Assembly: GCA_963664705.1 (NCBI GenBank)
Contig: OY761556.1
Location: forward strand, 5,216,001-5,280,000
Reading direction: 5' to 3'
DNA length: 64,000 bases
Source of the DNA: Acidobacteriota bacterium
Lineage (GTDB): Bacteria; Acidobacteriota; UBA6911
This document shows, one piece after another, positions 19,536-28,612 of the stretch (its first letter is position 1; every line of letters starts with the position of its first letter). The position numbers and the translations under genes are program-made. A model generated the notes under the pieces. That model saw only the letters and a list, made by a program, of their open reading frames with translations, ran no database searches and was not told the origin of the DNA.

Positions 19536-19544
19536 ATTATAACA
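19536..19544 (-). promoter_or_regulatory. Extended -10 promoter (TGnTATAAT) driving the candidate RNA
   Basis: Minus strand reads TGTTATAAT, about 7 nt before the first hairpin. The -35 match is poor. Confidence 0.6.
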
Positions 19545-19689
19545 AAGACCGGAGAGGCAGACTACGGATTCCATGGATTAATGCAGAATAATCGAACCGG
19601 AATTTCTCTCTGCACTGTGCTGAAATACCCTCTAACCGCTTGATATTCGTAATCTTCCTGCCGGATACTTAAGCAAATGGAGGCTTCTT

Positions 19690-21339
19690 ATGGACTCCAC
19701 ACCCAGAATCAAAGCGCCTCGCGGCAACCAACTCCAATGCAAAGGATGGCAGCAGGAAGCTGCCATGCGGATGCTGATGAACAATCTGGACGAAGAGGTG
19801 GCAGAGCGTCCTCAGGACCTTGTAGTCTATGGTGGCAGCGGCAAAGCTGCGCGCAACTGGAGCTGTTACTCATCCATCATTCGCTCTTTGCAGCAGCTGG
19901 AAAATGATGAGACCCTTCTGGTCCAATCCGGCAAACCCGTCGGCATATTCCGGACACACGAGTATTCCCCGCGAGTGCTGATCGCCAACTCAAACCTGGT
20001 AGGCCGCTGGGCAGACTGGGAGGAGTTCCGCCGCCTGGAAGCCCTGGGGTTAATGATGTATGGGCAGATGACCGCAGGCAGCTGGATTTATATCGGCAGC
20101 CAGGGGATTGTGCAGGGGACCTATGAAACTTTCGCTGCAGCGGCTCGCCGTCACTTTGCAGGAACGCTGCAAGGCAGGATCCTGGTATCCGGCGGATTGG
20201 GCGGCATGGGAGGAGCTCAGCCCCTAGCGGCCACCATGGCCGGCGCTGCTTTTCTGGGCATAGAAGTGGATCCGGCCCGAATTCAGAAACGAATCCAAAC
20301 GGGATACTGCGACAGGATAAGCTTCAGTCTCGAAGAAGCGCTCGCACTTGTAGAACAGGCCGCCGCCGGAAAAAAGCCCCTCTCGGTGGGACTGGTTGGA
20401 AACTGCGCGGAAGTACTTCCCGAACTTGTGCGGCGCGGTTTTGTCCCGGACCTCCTGACCGATCAGACCAGTGCGCATGATCCACTTAACGGGTACATAC
20501 CCGCGGGGATCTCATTAACCGACGCGGAAGCCCTGCGACGCGATAATCCCGGCGAATACCTTCAACGCAGCATGGCATCCATCGCCACGCATGTACGTGC
20601 CATGCTGGAGCTGCAGGCAAAGGGAGCCATTACCTTCGACTATGGAAACAACCTTCGCGGGCAGGCTTTGAAAGCGGGCGTGGCAAACGCCCTTGATTTT
20701 CCCGGCTTTGTGCCGGCATATATTCGCCCGCTGTTTTGTGAAGGACGCGGTCCTTTTCGATGGGTCGCGCTCTCGGGCGATCCGGAGGATATTGCTCTTA
20801 CCGATGCGCTGGTTCTGGAGATGTTCTCAGAAAACGAAGAACTGTGCCGATGGATCCGGATGGCAAAGGCGAGGATTCGCTTTCAGGGTTTGCCCGCACG
20901 CATCTGCTGGCTGGGCTACGGCGAGCGGGCTGCCCTGGCTCTCCGGATGAATGATCTGGTTGCCGGCGGCAAACTGCATGCGCCCATCGTCATCGGTCGC
21001 GATCACCTGGATTGCGGTTCCGTGGCGTCGCCTTACCGTGAGACGGAAGGCATGAAGGATACGTCCGACGCGGTCGCCGACTGGCCGATCCTGAATGCAT
21101 TGTTAAACACAGCAAGCGGCGCATCCTGGGTTTCATTTCATCATGGCGGCGGAGTTGGAATGGGGTATTCTCTCCATGCAGGACAGGTCACTGTGGCCGA
21201 TGGCACAAACGCCATGCGGGACAGGATTGAACGGGTGATGACGAATGATCCCGGGATCGGTGTCGCTCGCCACGCGGATGCGGGGTATGAGGAGGCTCAG
21301 GAATTCGCCAGAATCCGAGGCATCAGAATTCCAGGCTGA
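19690..21339 (+). CDS. hutU: Urocanate hydratase
   Basis: [50 protein letters not shown]. Confidence 0.98.
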   Translation: MDSTPRIKAPRGNQLQCKGWQQEAAMRMLMNNLDEEVAERPQDLVVYGGSGKAARNWSCYSSIIRSLQQLENDETLLVQSGKPVGIFRTHEYSPRVLIANSNLVGRWADWEEFRRLEALGLMMYGQMTAGSWIYIGSQGIVQGTYETFAAAARRHFAGTLQGRILVSGGLGGMGGAQPLAATMAGAAFLGIEVDPARIQKRIQTGYCDRISFSLEEALALVEQAAAGKKPLSVGLVGNCAEVLPELVRRGFVPDLLTDQTSAHDPLNGYIPAGISLTDAEALRRDNPGEYLQRSMASIATHVRAMLELQAKGAITFDYGNNLRGQALKAGVANALDFPGFVPAYIRPLFCEGRGPFRWVALSGDPEDIALTDALVLEMFSENEELCRWIRMAKARIRFQGLPARICWLGYGERAALALRMNDLVAGGKLHAPIVIGRDHLDCGSVASPYRETEGMKDTSDAVADWPILNALLNTASGASWVSFHHGGGVGMGYSLHAGQVTVADGTNAMRDRIERVMTNDPGIGVARHADAGYEEAQEFARIRGIRIPG

Positions 21340-21467
21340 GAGCCCTCTCGCTTTATAGCACCGGACTTGCCCGGCTTTTGGGGAGATCTGAATATCCGGC
21401 AAAAATGTGGGCTAATTTGATCAAATCAGGTTCCATAAATAAATGGCGTGATTAGTTTTTATATTTG

Positions 21468-21736
21468 AACCGCGAAGACCTCGAAGACCGCAAAGATTTT
21501 TTGGCTCATTTTGCTGCTGGGCAATGAGCTAGTGTGATGGATAGGAAAGAAGTTGCTCATCATATCGTCGATTCAGCGGTGGCAATCCATACAGCGCCAG
21601 GATTGTTGGAGTCCGTTTATCAGCGGTGCTTAATGTGTGGAGCATCATGGATGGAATCCACCGTATGATCTGGCGAGAACGATAACCGTAAAACCTGCAA
21701 AATATTTTCTTTGCGGTCTTCGAGGTCTTCGCGGTT
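21468..21736. mobile_element. Mini-cassette bounded by perfect 29-bp inverted repeats with internal 9-nt periodicity
   Basis: aaccgcgaagacctcgaagaccgcaaaga (21468-21496) and its exact reverse complement (21708-21736). Confidence 0.65.
21537..21685 (+). pseudogene. Internally deleted GxxExxY (PDDEXK_3) family gene
   Basis: MDRKEVAHHIVDSAVAIHTAPGLLESVYQRCL.. stops at 21668. A shifted frame gives IMDGIHRMIWRER*, resembling the family C-terminus. Confidence 0.8.
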
Positions 21737-21876
21737 AATGGGGTTACTATTCGGTCAAGTCAGATGCGGGGTATGAGGAGGCTCAGGAATTCGCCGGAAT
21801 CCGAGGCATCAGAATTCCAGGCTGAGAGCCCTCTCGCTTTATATCAGCCAATTCAAACAGGACTCACGAAACTGAA

Positions 21877-22254
21877 ATGATCTATTCGCGCAAAGAGGCA
21901 CGTCGCATTTTGCTGGCGCTTCGTGCAGAAATGCTTGTTTATCTGCAGACTCGTGAGGATGAAACGCACTTCTGCCGACGCTGCCTTCTGCCTCTGCCCG
22001 AAGGCGCATACGATGCCTACGATTTCTGTCCGTGGTGCTCCAAGTCGCAGGGTGGCATGGAACCCCGCCTGGACGAATCACGAAAGATTATTGAAAGCGA
22101 AGAGCTGGAACGGCGGATTGAGATTCAATGCGGGGAATGCGGAGCGGAGTACGAACAACCCGCCCGCTATCCCTACAAGTTTTGCCCGGTCTGTGGAGCT
22201 CCCTTCGCGGCCGAAGACGAAATCATCATCGAGCTCCCCTGGCTTGTATCCTGA
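21877..22254 (+). CDS. Hypothetical double zinc-ribbon protein
   Basis: CRRC..CPWC and CGEC..CPVCG pairs. Confidence 0.7.
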   Translation: MIYSRKEARRILLALRAEMLVYLQTREDETHFCRRCLLPLPEGAYDAYDFCPWCSKSQGGMEPRLDESRKIIESEELERRIEIQCGECGAEYEQPARYPYKFCPVCGAPFAAEDEIIIELPWLVS

Positions 22255-22274
22255 AACCGCGGATTGCCGGCTTC

Positions 22275-23573
22275 TTACTGTTTTCCAAAAACGCGCTCAA
22301 AAATGGCGTCCACATTGCGAAGCTGGAGTTCCGGATTTGCCACCGACTTGATTTCCTCATTCGTAAGGATTTTGGTTATGTCCGGATCTTCGAGCAGAAC
22401 CTGGACAAAATCCTTATCTTCGTCCCACACCTTCATCGAACATCGCTGAATCCAGCGGTATGCGTCTTCTCGCAAGACTCCCTTTTTGGTGAGATCCAAA
22501 AGCAGCTGGCCCGAGAATGCCATCCCGCGTGTTAGGGCAATGTTTTTAAGCATCCGATCCGGGTAAACCACCAGCTTCGAGATAATTTTCGTCATTGCGC
22601 GGAGTATGTAGCACAGGACGCCGGTCGCATCCGGAAGGATCACACGTTCCGCCGAAGAATGGGAGATATCCCGCTCGTGCCACAAGGCCACATTCTCCAG
22701 CGCGCTCACGGCATAGCCGCGAAGGAGGCGCGACAGGCCGGATATTTGCTCGCATTTGACCGGGTTCCGTTTATGCGGCATGGCGGACGAGCCTTTTTGT
22801 CCGGAAGCAAACGGCTCTTCCGCTTCCCGCACCTCTGTCCTCTGGAGATGCCGGATTTCGGTTGCGAACTTATCCAGGCTGGCGCCAACAATTGCGATGG
22901 AGCAAATGAATTCGGCATGCCGGTCTCTCTGAAGCGTCTGCGTGGAAATTGGAGCAGCCTTCAGTCCCATCCTCTCGCAGACAAGGGCTTCCACCTCGGG
23001 ACCCAGGTGCGCGAACGTTCCGACGGCGCCAGACAGTTTGCCGACCGATACTCCCTCTGCCGCATGTTCCATTCTTTCCAGGTTGCGGCGCATCTCATCG
23101 TACCAGACGGCCAGCTTCAATCCGAATGTGGTCAGTTCAGCATGCACACCGTGGGTGCGCCCCATCATGAGTGTTCGGCGATGCTCCTGTGCGCGCACTC
23201 CAATGGCAGCCCTGAGCTCGCGCATGGCGGTCAGAATTTTTTCACTCGCCTGCTTGAACTGCAGACCCCGGGCGGTATCGACGACGTCGGTAGACGTCAG
23301 GCCCCAGTGTATGTACCGTGAATCCGGTCCGACATACTCGGCAACGCTGGTGGTGAAGGCGATCAGGTCGTGATGCGTGATATTTTCGATTTCCTTAATA
23401 CGCGGAACCGAGAAATCCGCCTTCTTTTCGATCGTTTCCATGGATTCCCTGGGGATCCATCCCTTCTCGCACAAAACGCGGCAGGTTTCCAATTCAACAC
23501 GGAGCCAGGTTCGGAACATATTTTCTTCCGACCAGATTTCCTCCATATCTTTGGGCATGTAACGGTCGATCAT
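22275..23573 (-). CDS. purB: Adenylosuccinate lyase
   Basis: MIDRY, HWGLTSTD, GRTHGVHAE, GSSAMPHKRNP, WHERDISHSS. Confidence 0.97.
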   Translation of the reverse strand: MIDRYMPKDMEEIWSEENMFRTWLRVELETCRVLCEKGWIPRESMETIEKKADFSVPRIKEIENITHHDLIAFTTSVAEYVGPDSRYIHWGLTSTDVVDTARGLQFKQASEKILTAMRELRAAIGVRAQEHRRTLMMGRTHGVHAELTTFGLKLAVWYDEMRRNLERMEHAAEGVSVGKLSGAVGTFAHLGPEVEALVCERMGLKAAPISTQTLQRDRHAEFICSIAIVGASLDKFATEIRHLQRTEVREAEEPFASGQKGSSAMPHKRNPVKCEQISGLSRLLRGYAVSALENVALWHERDISHSSAERVILPDATGVLCYILRAMTKIISKLVVYPDRMLKNIALTRGMAFSGQLLLDLTKKGVLREDAYRWIQRCSMKVWDEDKDFVQVLLEDPDITKILTNEEIKSVANPELQLRNVDAIFERVFGKQ

Positions 23574-23624
23574 AATTGGGTGTCCTCTCTGAATTTCGAA
23601 GAATCGATCGGAACTTTCCTCAGC

Positions 23625-24410
23625 TCAGAATCGATAGATCCTGCTGATCTGGTCGGGACGGGCTAACTCGATTCGCGTTTGCGAAATCATGGGGCCGGAT
23701 CTCGCTTCCAGCCCTCGCTGAGCCGTCAGCAGTGCAAGTTCGGGAAGATTATTTTTCTGGCTGAGGTGGGCCAGTACCACATAGCCGGCTTTTCCGTCAA
23801 AATCATTTTCAAGGTACTGTGCAACGGAATCATTCGAAAGATGCCCGCGGCGGCTCATTACGCGCTGTTTCAAAGCCCATGGGTATGGCCCGACCTTGAG
23901 CATCTGAACATCATGGTTTGATTCCATGATAATTCCATCGCAGCCCTTCAACCGTTCCAAAACGAGGTTGGACAGGTATCCAAGATCCAACACGATGCCA
24001 AGCTTGACCCCATCCTTCTCGACGACAAAGCCCAGAGGCTCGACGGAATCGTGAGGCACCGAAAAGGACGTAAAGCAAATCCCACGTATATCGAATTGTT
24101 CTCCGGCTCGGATAGGCCGATGCTTTGCAGGATCCAATTTCATCTCGGAGCTGCGGAATACCTCCTCGGTCATGAACACCGGGATGTCGAGATCCTTGGC
24201 AAACGGCGCCACACCGCGGCAATGGTCTCCATGCTCGTGTGACACAACGATCGCCGAGATGGTTTCCGGCTCAATATTGCACTCCCTCAGCCGTCTGGCG
24301 GTTTCGCGTCCGCTCAGGCCGACATCCACCAGGATGTGGCTTTCGCCATCACTCACAAGAGTGGTGTTTCCCGAGCTTCCGCTGCCGAGTATCGTGAAGC
24401 TGAGCCCCAT
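23625..24410 (-). CDS. MBL-fold metallo-hydrolase (YycJ/WalJ-like)
   Basis: LGSGSSGN, SHEHGDH, PHD, ESNHD, GHLSN, LAHLS. Confidence 0.9.
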   Translation of the reverse strand: MGLSFTILGSGSSGNTTLVSDGESHILVDVGLSGRETARRLRECNIEPETISAIVVSHEHGDHCRGVAPFAKDLDIPVFMTEEVFRSSEMKLDPAKHRPIRAGEQFDIRGICFTSFSVPHDSVEPLGFVVEKDGVKLGIVLDLGYLSNLVLERLKGCDGIIMESNHDVQMLKVGPYPWALKQRVMSRRGHLSNDSVAQYLENDFDGKAGYVVLAHLSQKNNLPELALLTAQRGLEARSGPMISQTRIELARPDQISRIYRF

Positions 24411-24412
24411 GG

Positions 24413-25675
24413 TTATGCGTCCAATGGTACCGATTTAAGCTCTTCGCTATTTCGGCTGGTTAACGCCGTTAGAGTGAAATACGATGTATCAAATATTCTG
24501 TTTGCCATATCCCGGATTTCCTGCGCCGTGACGCGTTCCACGCCGTTCAGGATCTCCTCGAGAGTATGGAACCGGCCGTAATGAATCAACTGCTGCGCCA
24601 GGTAGGTCATCCGGCTGCTTGAACTCTCGAGCCCGAGCATGACGGAGCCCTTTATGTTCTCCTTCGCCCGCTTCAGTTCTTCTCCGCTTATGAGCTTCTC
24701 CCGAAGGCTCCTGCATTCCTTCAGAGTCAACTCGACTACTTCCAGCGCCTTTTCAGGCGCACTTCCGGCATAAACCACCAGGGATCCAGCATCCTGGTAA
24801 AGGTTCAGCATGGAAAAGATCGAGTATACCAGGCCGCGTTTTTCCCGGATGTTCTGAAATAGCCTCGAACTCAAACCTCCGCCCAGCACATTGCATAGCA
24901 GGTGTGCGCAGTACCTTTCCGTAGACATAACGGGAGGAGCAATAGTACCCAGGCAGATATGCGTCTGCTCCAGGTGAGTTTTGCGGCGAATCAGACGGCC
25001 GGCATTCACTGCGGGTGCATGCCCTGGATCGGTTACGGTCCCGGTTTCAAGTCCGGAGAAATACTTCTCGGCCAATCGCTGAACGTCGCGGTGCCGGATG
25101 TTTCCTGCCACCGCAACAACCATGTTGCTTGCTTTGTAGTGTTGTCGGAAAAATCCCTTCACGTCCGCGCGCGTAATCTGATTTACAGATTTCTTGGTCC
25201 CGGAAATAGGCCATCCGAGCGGATGATTCTTCCAGAACTTTTCCTGGTACAGGTCGAGTATCAGTTCCTGGGGCGAATCCTCAACCATGTTGATTTCTTC
25301 GAAAATGACATTCCGCTCCCGCTCAACCTCCTTTGCCGGAAAGGCGGGATTCAGAACAATATCCGCCAGGAGATCAAAGGCAAAGGGCAGATGTTCATCC
25401 AGCACTTTCGCGTAAAAACCGACGTATTCCTTTTCGGTAAACGCGTTGAGCTGCCCTCCGACCGAATCAATGGATTCCGCGATGCGGGCTGCGGAGCGGG
25501 TCCGCGTTCCCTTGAACAAAAGATGCTCGATAAAATGGGATATGCCGGTCTTATCGGCTGTTTCAAACCGCGAGCCGCATTTGACCCATACACCCAGTGA
25601 AACGGAACGAAGGTGCGGCATGACCTCAGACGCAATCACGAGGCCGTTTTTCAGTGTTTTTTTCTGTACATCCAT
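24413..25675 (-). CDS. M16 (pitrilysin-family) zinc peptidase
   Basis: HFIEH inverted zinc motif, NAFT, SRLFQNIREKRGLVY. Start may be as far up as 25693. Confidence 0.93.
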   Translation of the reverse strand: MDVQKKTLKNGLVIASEVMPHLRSVSLGVWVKCGSRFETADKTGISHFIEHLLFKGTRTRSAARIAESIDSVGGQLNAFTEKEYVGFYAKVLDEHLPFAFDLLADIVLNPAFPAKEVERERNVIFEEINMVEDSPQELILDLYQEKFWKNHPLGWPISGTKKSVNQITRADVKGFFRQHYKASNMVVAVAGNIRHRDVQRLAEKYFSGLETGTVTDPGHAPAVNAGRLIRRKTHLEQTHICLGTIAPPVMSTERYCAHLLCNVLGGGLSSRLFQNIREKRGLVYSIFSMLNLYQDAGSLVVYAGSAPEKALEVVELTLKECRSLREKLISGEELKRAKENIKGSVMLGLESSSSRMTYLAQQLIHYGRFHTLEEILNGVERVTAQEIRDMANRIFDTSYFTLTALTSRNSEELKSVPLDA

Positions 25676-25723
25676 AGGTTGTCGGCTCATCAAAATTTGA
25701 ACGTATTAATTACCATATTGAGT

Positions 25724-25799
25724 AAGGAGAAGCCAGCAGTCAGAAGACGTAAGCCCGGAATACATCGTCACGGCCGCAGCTTCAGGCTTCTGTCTCCTT
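25724..25799. repeat. Degenerate inverted heptamer array
   Basis: agccagc-agtcaga-agacgta-agcc followed by gcttcag-gcttctg-tctcct. Confidence 0.45.
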
Positions 25800-25833
25800 T
25801 CTTTGACCACGCAAAGACGTGTAAAATGAAGCC

Positions 25834-26889
25834 ATGCTGGATGGGACAAAACATAACTTTGTGGGCGCCTCCTTTGAGGAAATAGCGGCCGCCATTGGCG
25901 GGCTGGATCAGCCGCGCTATCGTGCGCGTCAAATCTACGCGGGAATCTACCGGCGCCTGCTGCAATCCTGGGATGGTTTTTCGGATCTTGGGAAGCAACT
26001 CCGGGAAACGCTCAAAGAACAGTTCGTTATTGAGTACCCTCCCGTACAACAGGTGTTTGTCTCCCGGGATGGAACGCGCCGGTATCTGTTCGAGGTCGGT
26101 CCGGGACAGCGGATCGAGTCTGTGTTCATTCCGGAAGAGCGCAGAGATACTTTCTGCATATCCACCCAGGTGGGCTGTGCCGTCGGCTGTCTATTCTGCG
26201 TCACCGGAAAGCTCCCCATGCGTCGCAATCTGCTGCCGGGCGAGATTGTTGGTCAGATCCTGTCTATGCAGGCCGATCGAGGCACCGCTGTAAAGCGTCT
26301 GAATATTGTCATCATGGGCATGGGTGAGCCGTTTCACAATTATGATAACGTTATGAAATCGATACGATTGATGACCGACGATGGCGGAATGTCCATTTCA
26401 CCCCGCCGAATCACCCTCTCCACGTCGGGCGTCGTACCGGGAATCCAGAGGCTGGCAGAGGAACCTGTCATTCCGAACCTTGCCATATCACTGAACGCAA
26501 CCACTGATGCTGTTCGCGACCTTCTTATCCCGATAAACAAGAAGTGGAATATTGCAGCACTGCTGCAGGCCTGCCGGGATTTTCCACTCGCACATCGCCA
26601 GAGAATTACTTTCGAATATGTGCTGATCGGAGGAATGAATGATTCGCCGGAGGATGCCCGGCGGCTGGCGCGGCTGCTTCAGGGTCTCCAGAAAAAAATA
26701 AACCTGATCCCGCTTAATGCAGACCCATGGATCCCCCTGAAGGCTCCAAGCCCGGAGCGGATTCAGGAATTCCAGCAGATCCTGATCGATCATCAAATCA
26801 CGGTTAACGTGCGGCGTCCACGCGGAGAAGATGTATCCGCCGCCTGCGGCATGCTGGCCGGACGGGAGCTTGCACCGGCTCGCTTGTAA
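25834..26889 (+). CDS. rlmN: Dual-specificity RNA methyltransferase RlmN
   Basis: CISTQVGCAVGCLFC, MGMGEP, ITFEYV, NLIP, SAACG. Confidence 0.95.
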   Translation: MLDGTKHNFVGASFEEIAAAIGGLDQPRYRARQIYAGIYRRLLQSWDGFSDLGKQLRETLKEQFVIEYPPVQQVFVSRDGTRRYLFEVGPGQRIESVFIPEERRDTFCISTQVGCAVGCLFCVTGKLPMRRNLLPGEIVGQILSMQADRGTAVKRLNIVIMGMGEPFHNYDNVMKSIRLMTDDGGMSISPRRITLSTSGVVPGIQRLAEEPVIPNLAISLNATTDAVRDLLIPINKKWNIAALLQACRDFPLAHRQRITFEYVLIGGMNDSPEDARRLARLLQGLQKKINLIPLNADPWIPLKAPSPERIQEFQQILIDHQITVNVRRPRGEDVSAACGMLAGRELAPARL

Positions 26890-26925
26890 AGACGCAGCGG
26901 CCGCCGGAACAATTACTGCTGCCTG

Positions 26926-27756
26926 TTATGGAATGACGGAGGCGCTCCCGGTGAGCTTCCACCCTATCACAGCCATCATCCGACCGGATAACGTCCCCTG
27001 CGCGCGGTAAGAAAAAAACAGATCGGGCCGGCAGACTGTACAGGCACACGAATCATACCGATTTCCCGGCGGAATGCCGGCAGTATCCATCTGGATATCC
27101 AGCACGCCGCATAAATCCAGCAGGTACTTGCCGGGACGATCCTCTCGCGGCTTCACCAGGTGCGTGCACCTGTATTCCCTTTCAAAAGGCTCGATGACAT
27201 CGTCGCCCACCTCAAAGCAGCAGCTCCGAATGCCCGGTCCCACGGCAACGAGAAGATCTTCCGCACAACTTCCGAAAGCACGCTTCATTTCGGAGATTGT
27301 CCCCGGCAAAATGCCGGATAGTGTTCCGCGCCAGCCGGAATGCACCGCCGCAATGGCATGATTTACGGGGTCGGCTATCAACACCGGCAGGCAATCGGCA
27401 ACCTTCACTCCGAGAGCAATGTTTGCTGCCGAGGTGGCAATTGCGTCTCCTTCCGATTGTTTCCATTCCGAGAGTTTATCCTCTATGATATGAACACGAT
27501 TGGAATGGACCTGGTGCAGCGTGGCAAGCGGCAATTCTTCCAGCCCGAGCGCGGACAGGAATCGCTGACGATTCTCGTCAACGCGGGTATCGGAATCCCA
27601 GGGCAGGTAATTGAGATTCAGAGAATGCCCGTTGCCGCCGGATCCTCCTTTGCGTGTGGAAAAGCCGTGGCGAAGGTCCGGGATCGTTTCAAATGCGGTA
27701 CAACTGTAAAAACTAATCCCCCGGGATTCACGAAGGGTAAAGCCTTCCTTCTTCAT
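26926..27756 (-). CDS. pgeF: YfiH/PgeF family (laccase-domain) protein
   Basis: HGFSTR.GG, QVHS, ADCLPVL, HSGWRG, GPGI..CCFEV, FFSYR. Confidence 0.92.
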   Translation of the reverse strand: MKKEGFTLRESRGISFYSCTAFETIPDLRHGFSTRKGGSGGNGHSLNLNYLPWDSDTRVDENRQRFLSALGLEELPLATLHQVHSNRVHIIEDKLSEWKQSEGDAIATSAANIALGVKVADCLPVLIADPVNHAIAAVHSGWRGTLSGILPGTISEMKRAFGSCAEDLLVAVGPGIRSCCFEVGDDVIEPFEREYRCTHLVKPREDRPGKYLLDLCGVLDIQMDTAGIPPGNRYDSCACTVCRPDLFFSYRAQGTLSGRMMAVIGWKLTGSASVIP

Positions 27757-27812
27757 GTCACGAATTCTGGGGTGTTGCAACCCTCTCTGTCAACTCGCAT
27801 TCGGAGCTAGCA

Positions 27813-28187
27813 ATGATCATCGGCACTGGAGTGGATCTGGTTGAAATCGAGCGATTGCGCAAGGTACTCGAAAAACTCAAAGACCGTTTTGTGCATCGGG
27901 TATTTACAGCTCAGGAACAACAGTATTGCAGCGCCCATCGGGATCCGGCTCCCCATTTCGCCGCCCGCTTTGCCGCCAAAGAAGCTCTCTTCAAAGCGCT
28001 TGGCACCGGGTGGGCGCGGGGAGTGACCTGGCTGGATGTAGAGGTGCGCCGGGAAAGACAGGATGCCCCGATCCTGCGCCTGTCGGGTGAAGCGCTAAGA
28101 CTTAGCGAGTCCATGGGGGCGCACAAAATACACTTGAGCCTGTCCCACTCCGATCAGTGGGCGATTGCGATGGTTATCCTGGAGTAA
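27813..28187 (+). CDS. acpS: Holo-ACP synthase
   Basis: GTGVDLVEIER, AARFAAKEA.FKALGTG, LSLSH. Confidence 0.96.
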   Translation: MIIGTGVDLVEIERLRKVLEKLKDRFVHRVFTAQEQQYCSAHRDPAPHFAARFAAKEALFKALGTGWARGVTWLDVEVRRERQDAPILRLSGEALRLSESMGAHKIHLSLSHSDQWAIAMVILE

Positions 28188-28612
28188 GGCATTGCATTTG
28201 TGTTTCGGCTGCGGTTTCCCTCACTCAAAAACATCCACAACGCGGGATTCCTCGGGCTGCTCGAACTTTGTGATGGCGCGGAGCAGTTCTTCCATGAATG
28301 GGCTGGTTACACGCCCGGGTGCCGGCTGCGCCGCCCCTTCGGACGGTTTTACCAGCTCCGCGGCAGCGGCGATCTCAACCTCGATTTTCTGAAGTCCAGA
28401 GGTCCCTTCCGGCGGCCGGGAGGGCATCCGCATTTTCTGCTCAGCTACATTCCACTGTAGATCGCTTTGATCCAATATCCTTAAAATCGATGGCAACAAC
28501 ATATAGCTGTAAATGCTCCCGGGCAGACAGATCGGCTTTCCACACCGGCCGGTTTGTGAGCGGAATCACCAAGCTGTTTCTCTACAACCAATAGGATGGC
28601 AAATATATGCAA

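Larger units (their letters stand above)
21277..21843. repeat. 81-bp direct repeat of the hutU 3' end (21277-21357 and 21763-21843)
   Basis: The copies are identical except for one A/G and include the hutU stop codon. Confidence 0.92.

Noticed and set aside
28221-28502. 93-aa minus-strand ORF between acpS and mtaB
   Set aside because: No motif or clear RBS. It may be real, but I cannot support it from sequence alone.
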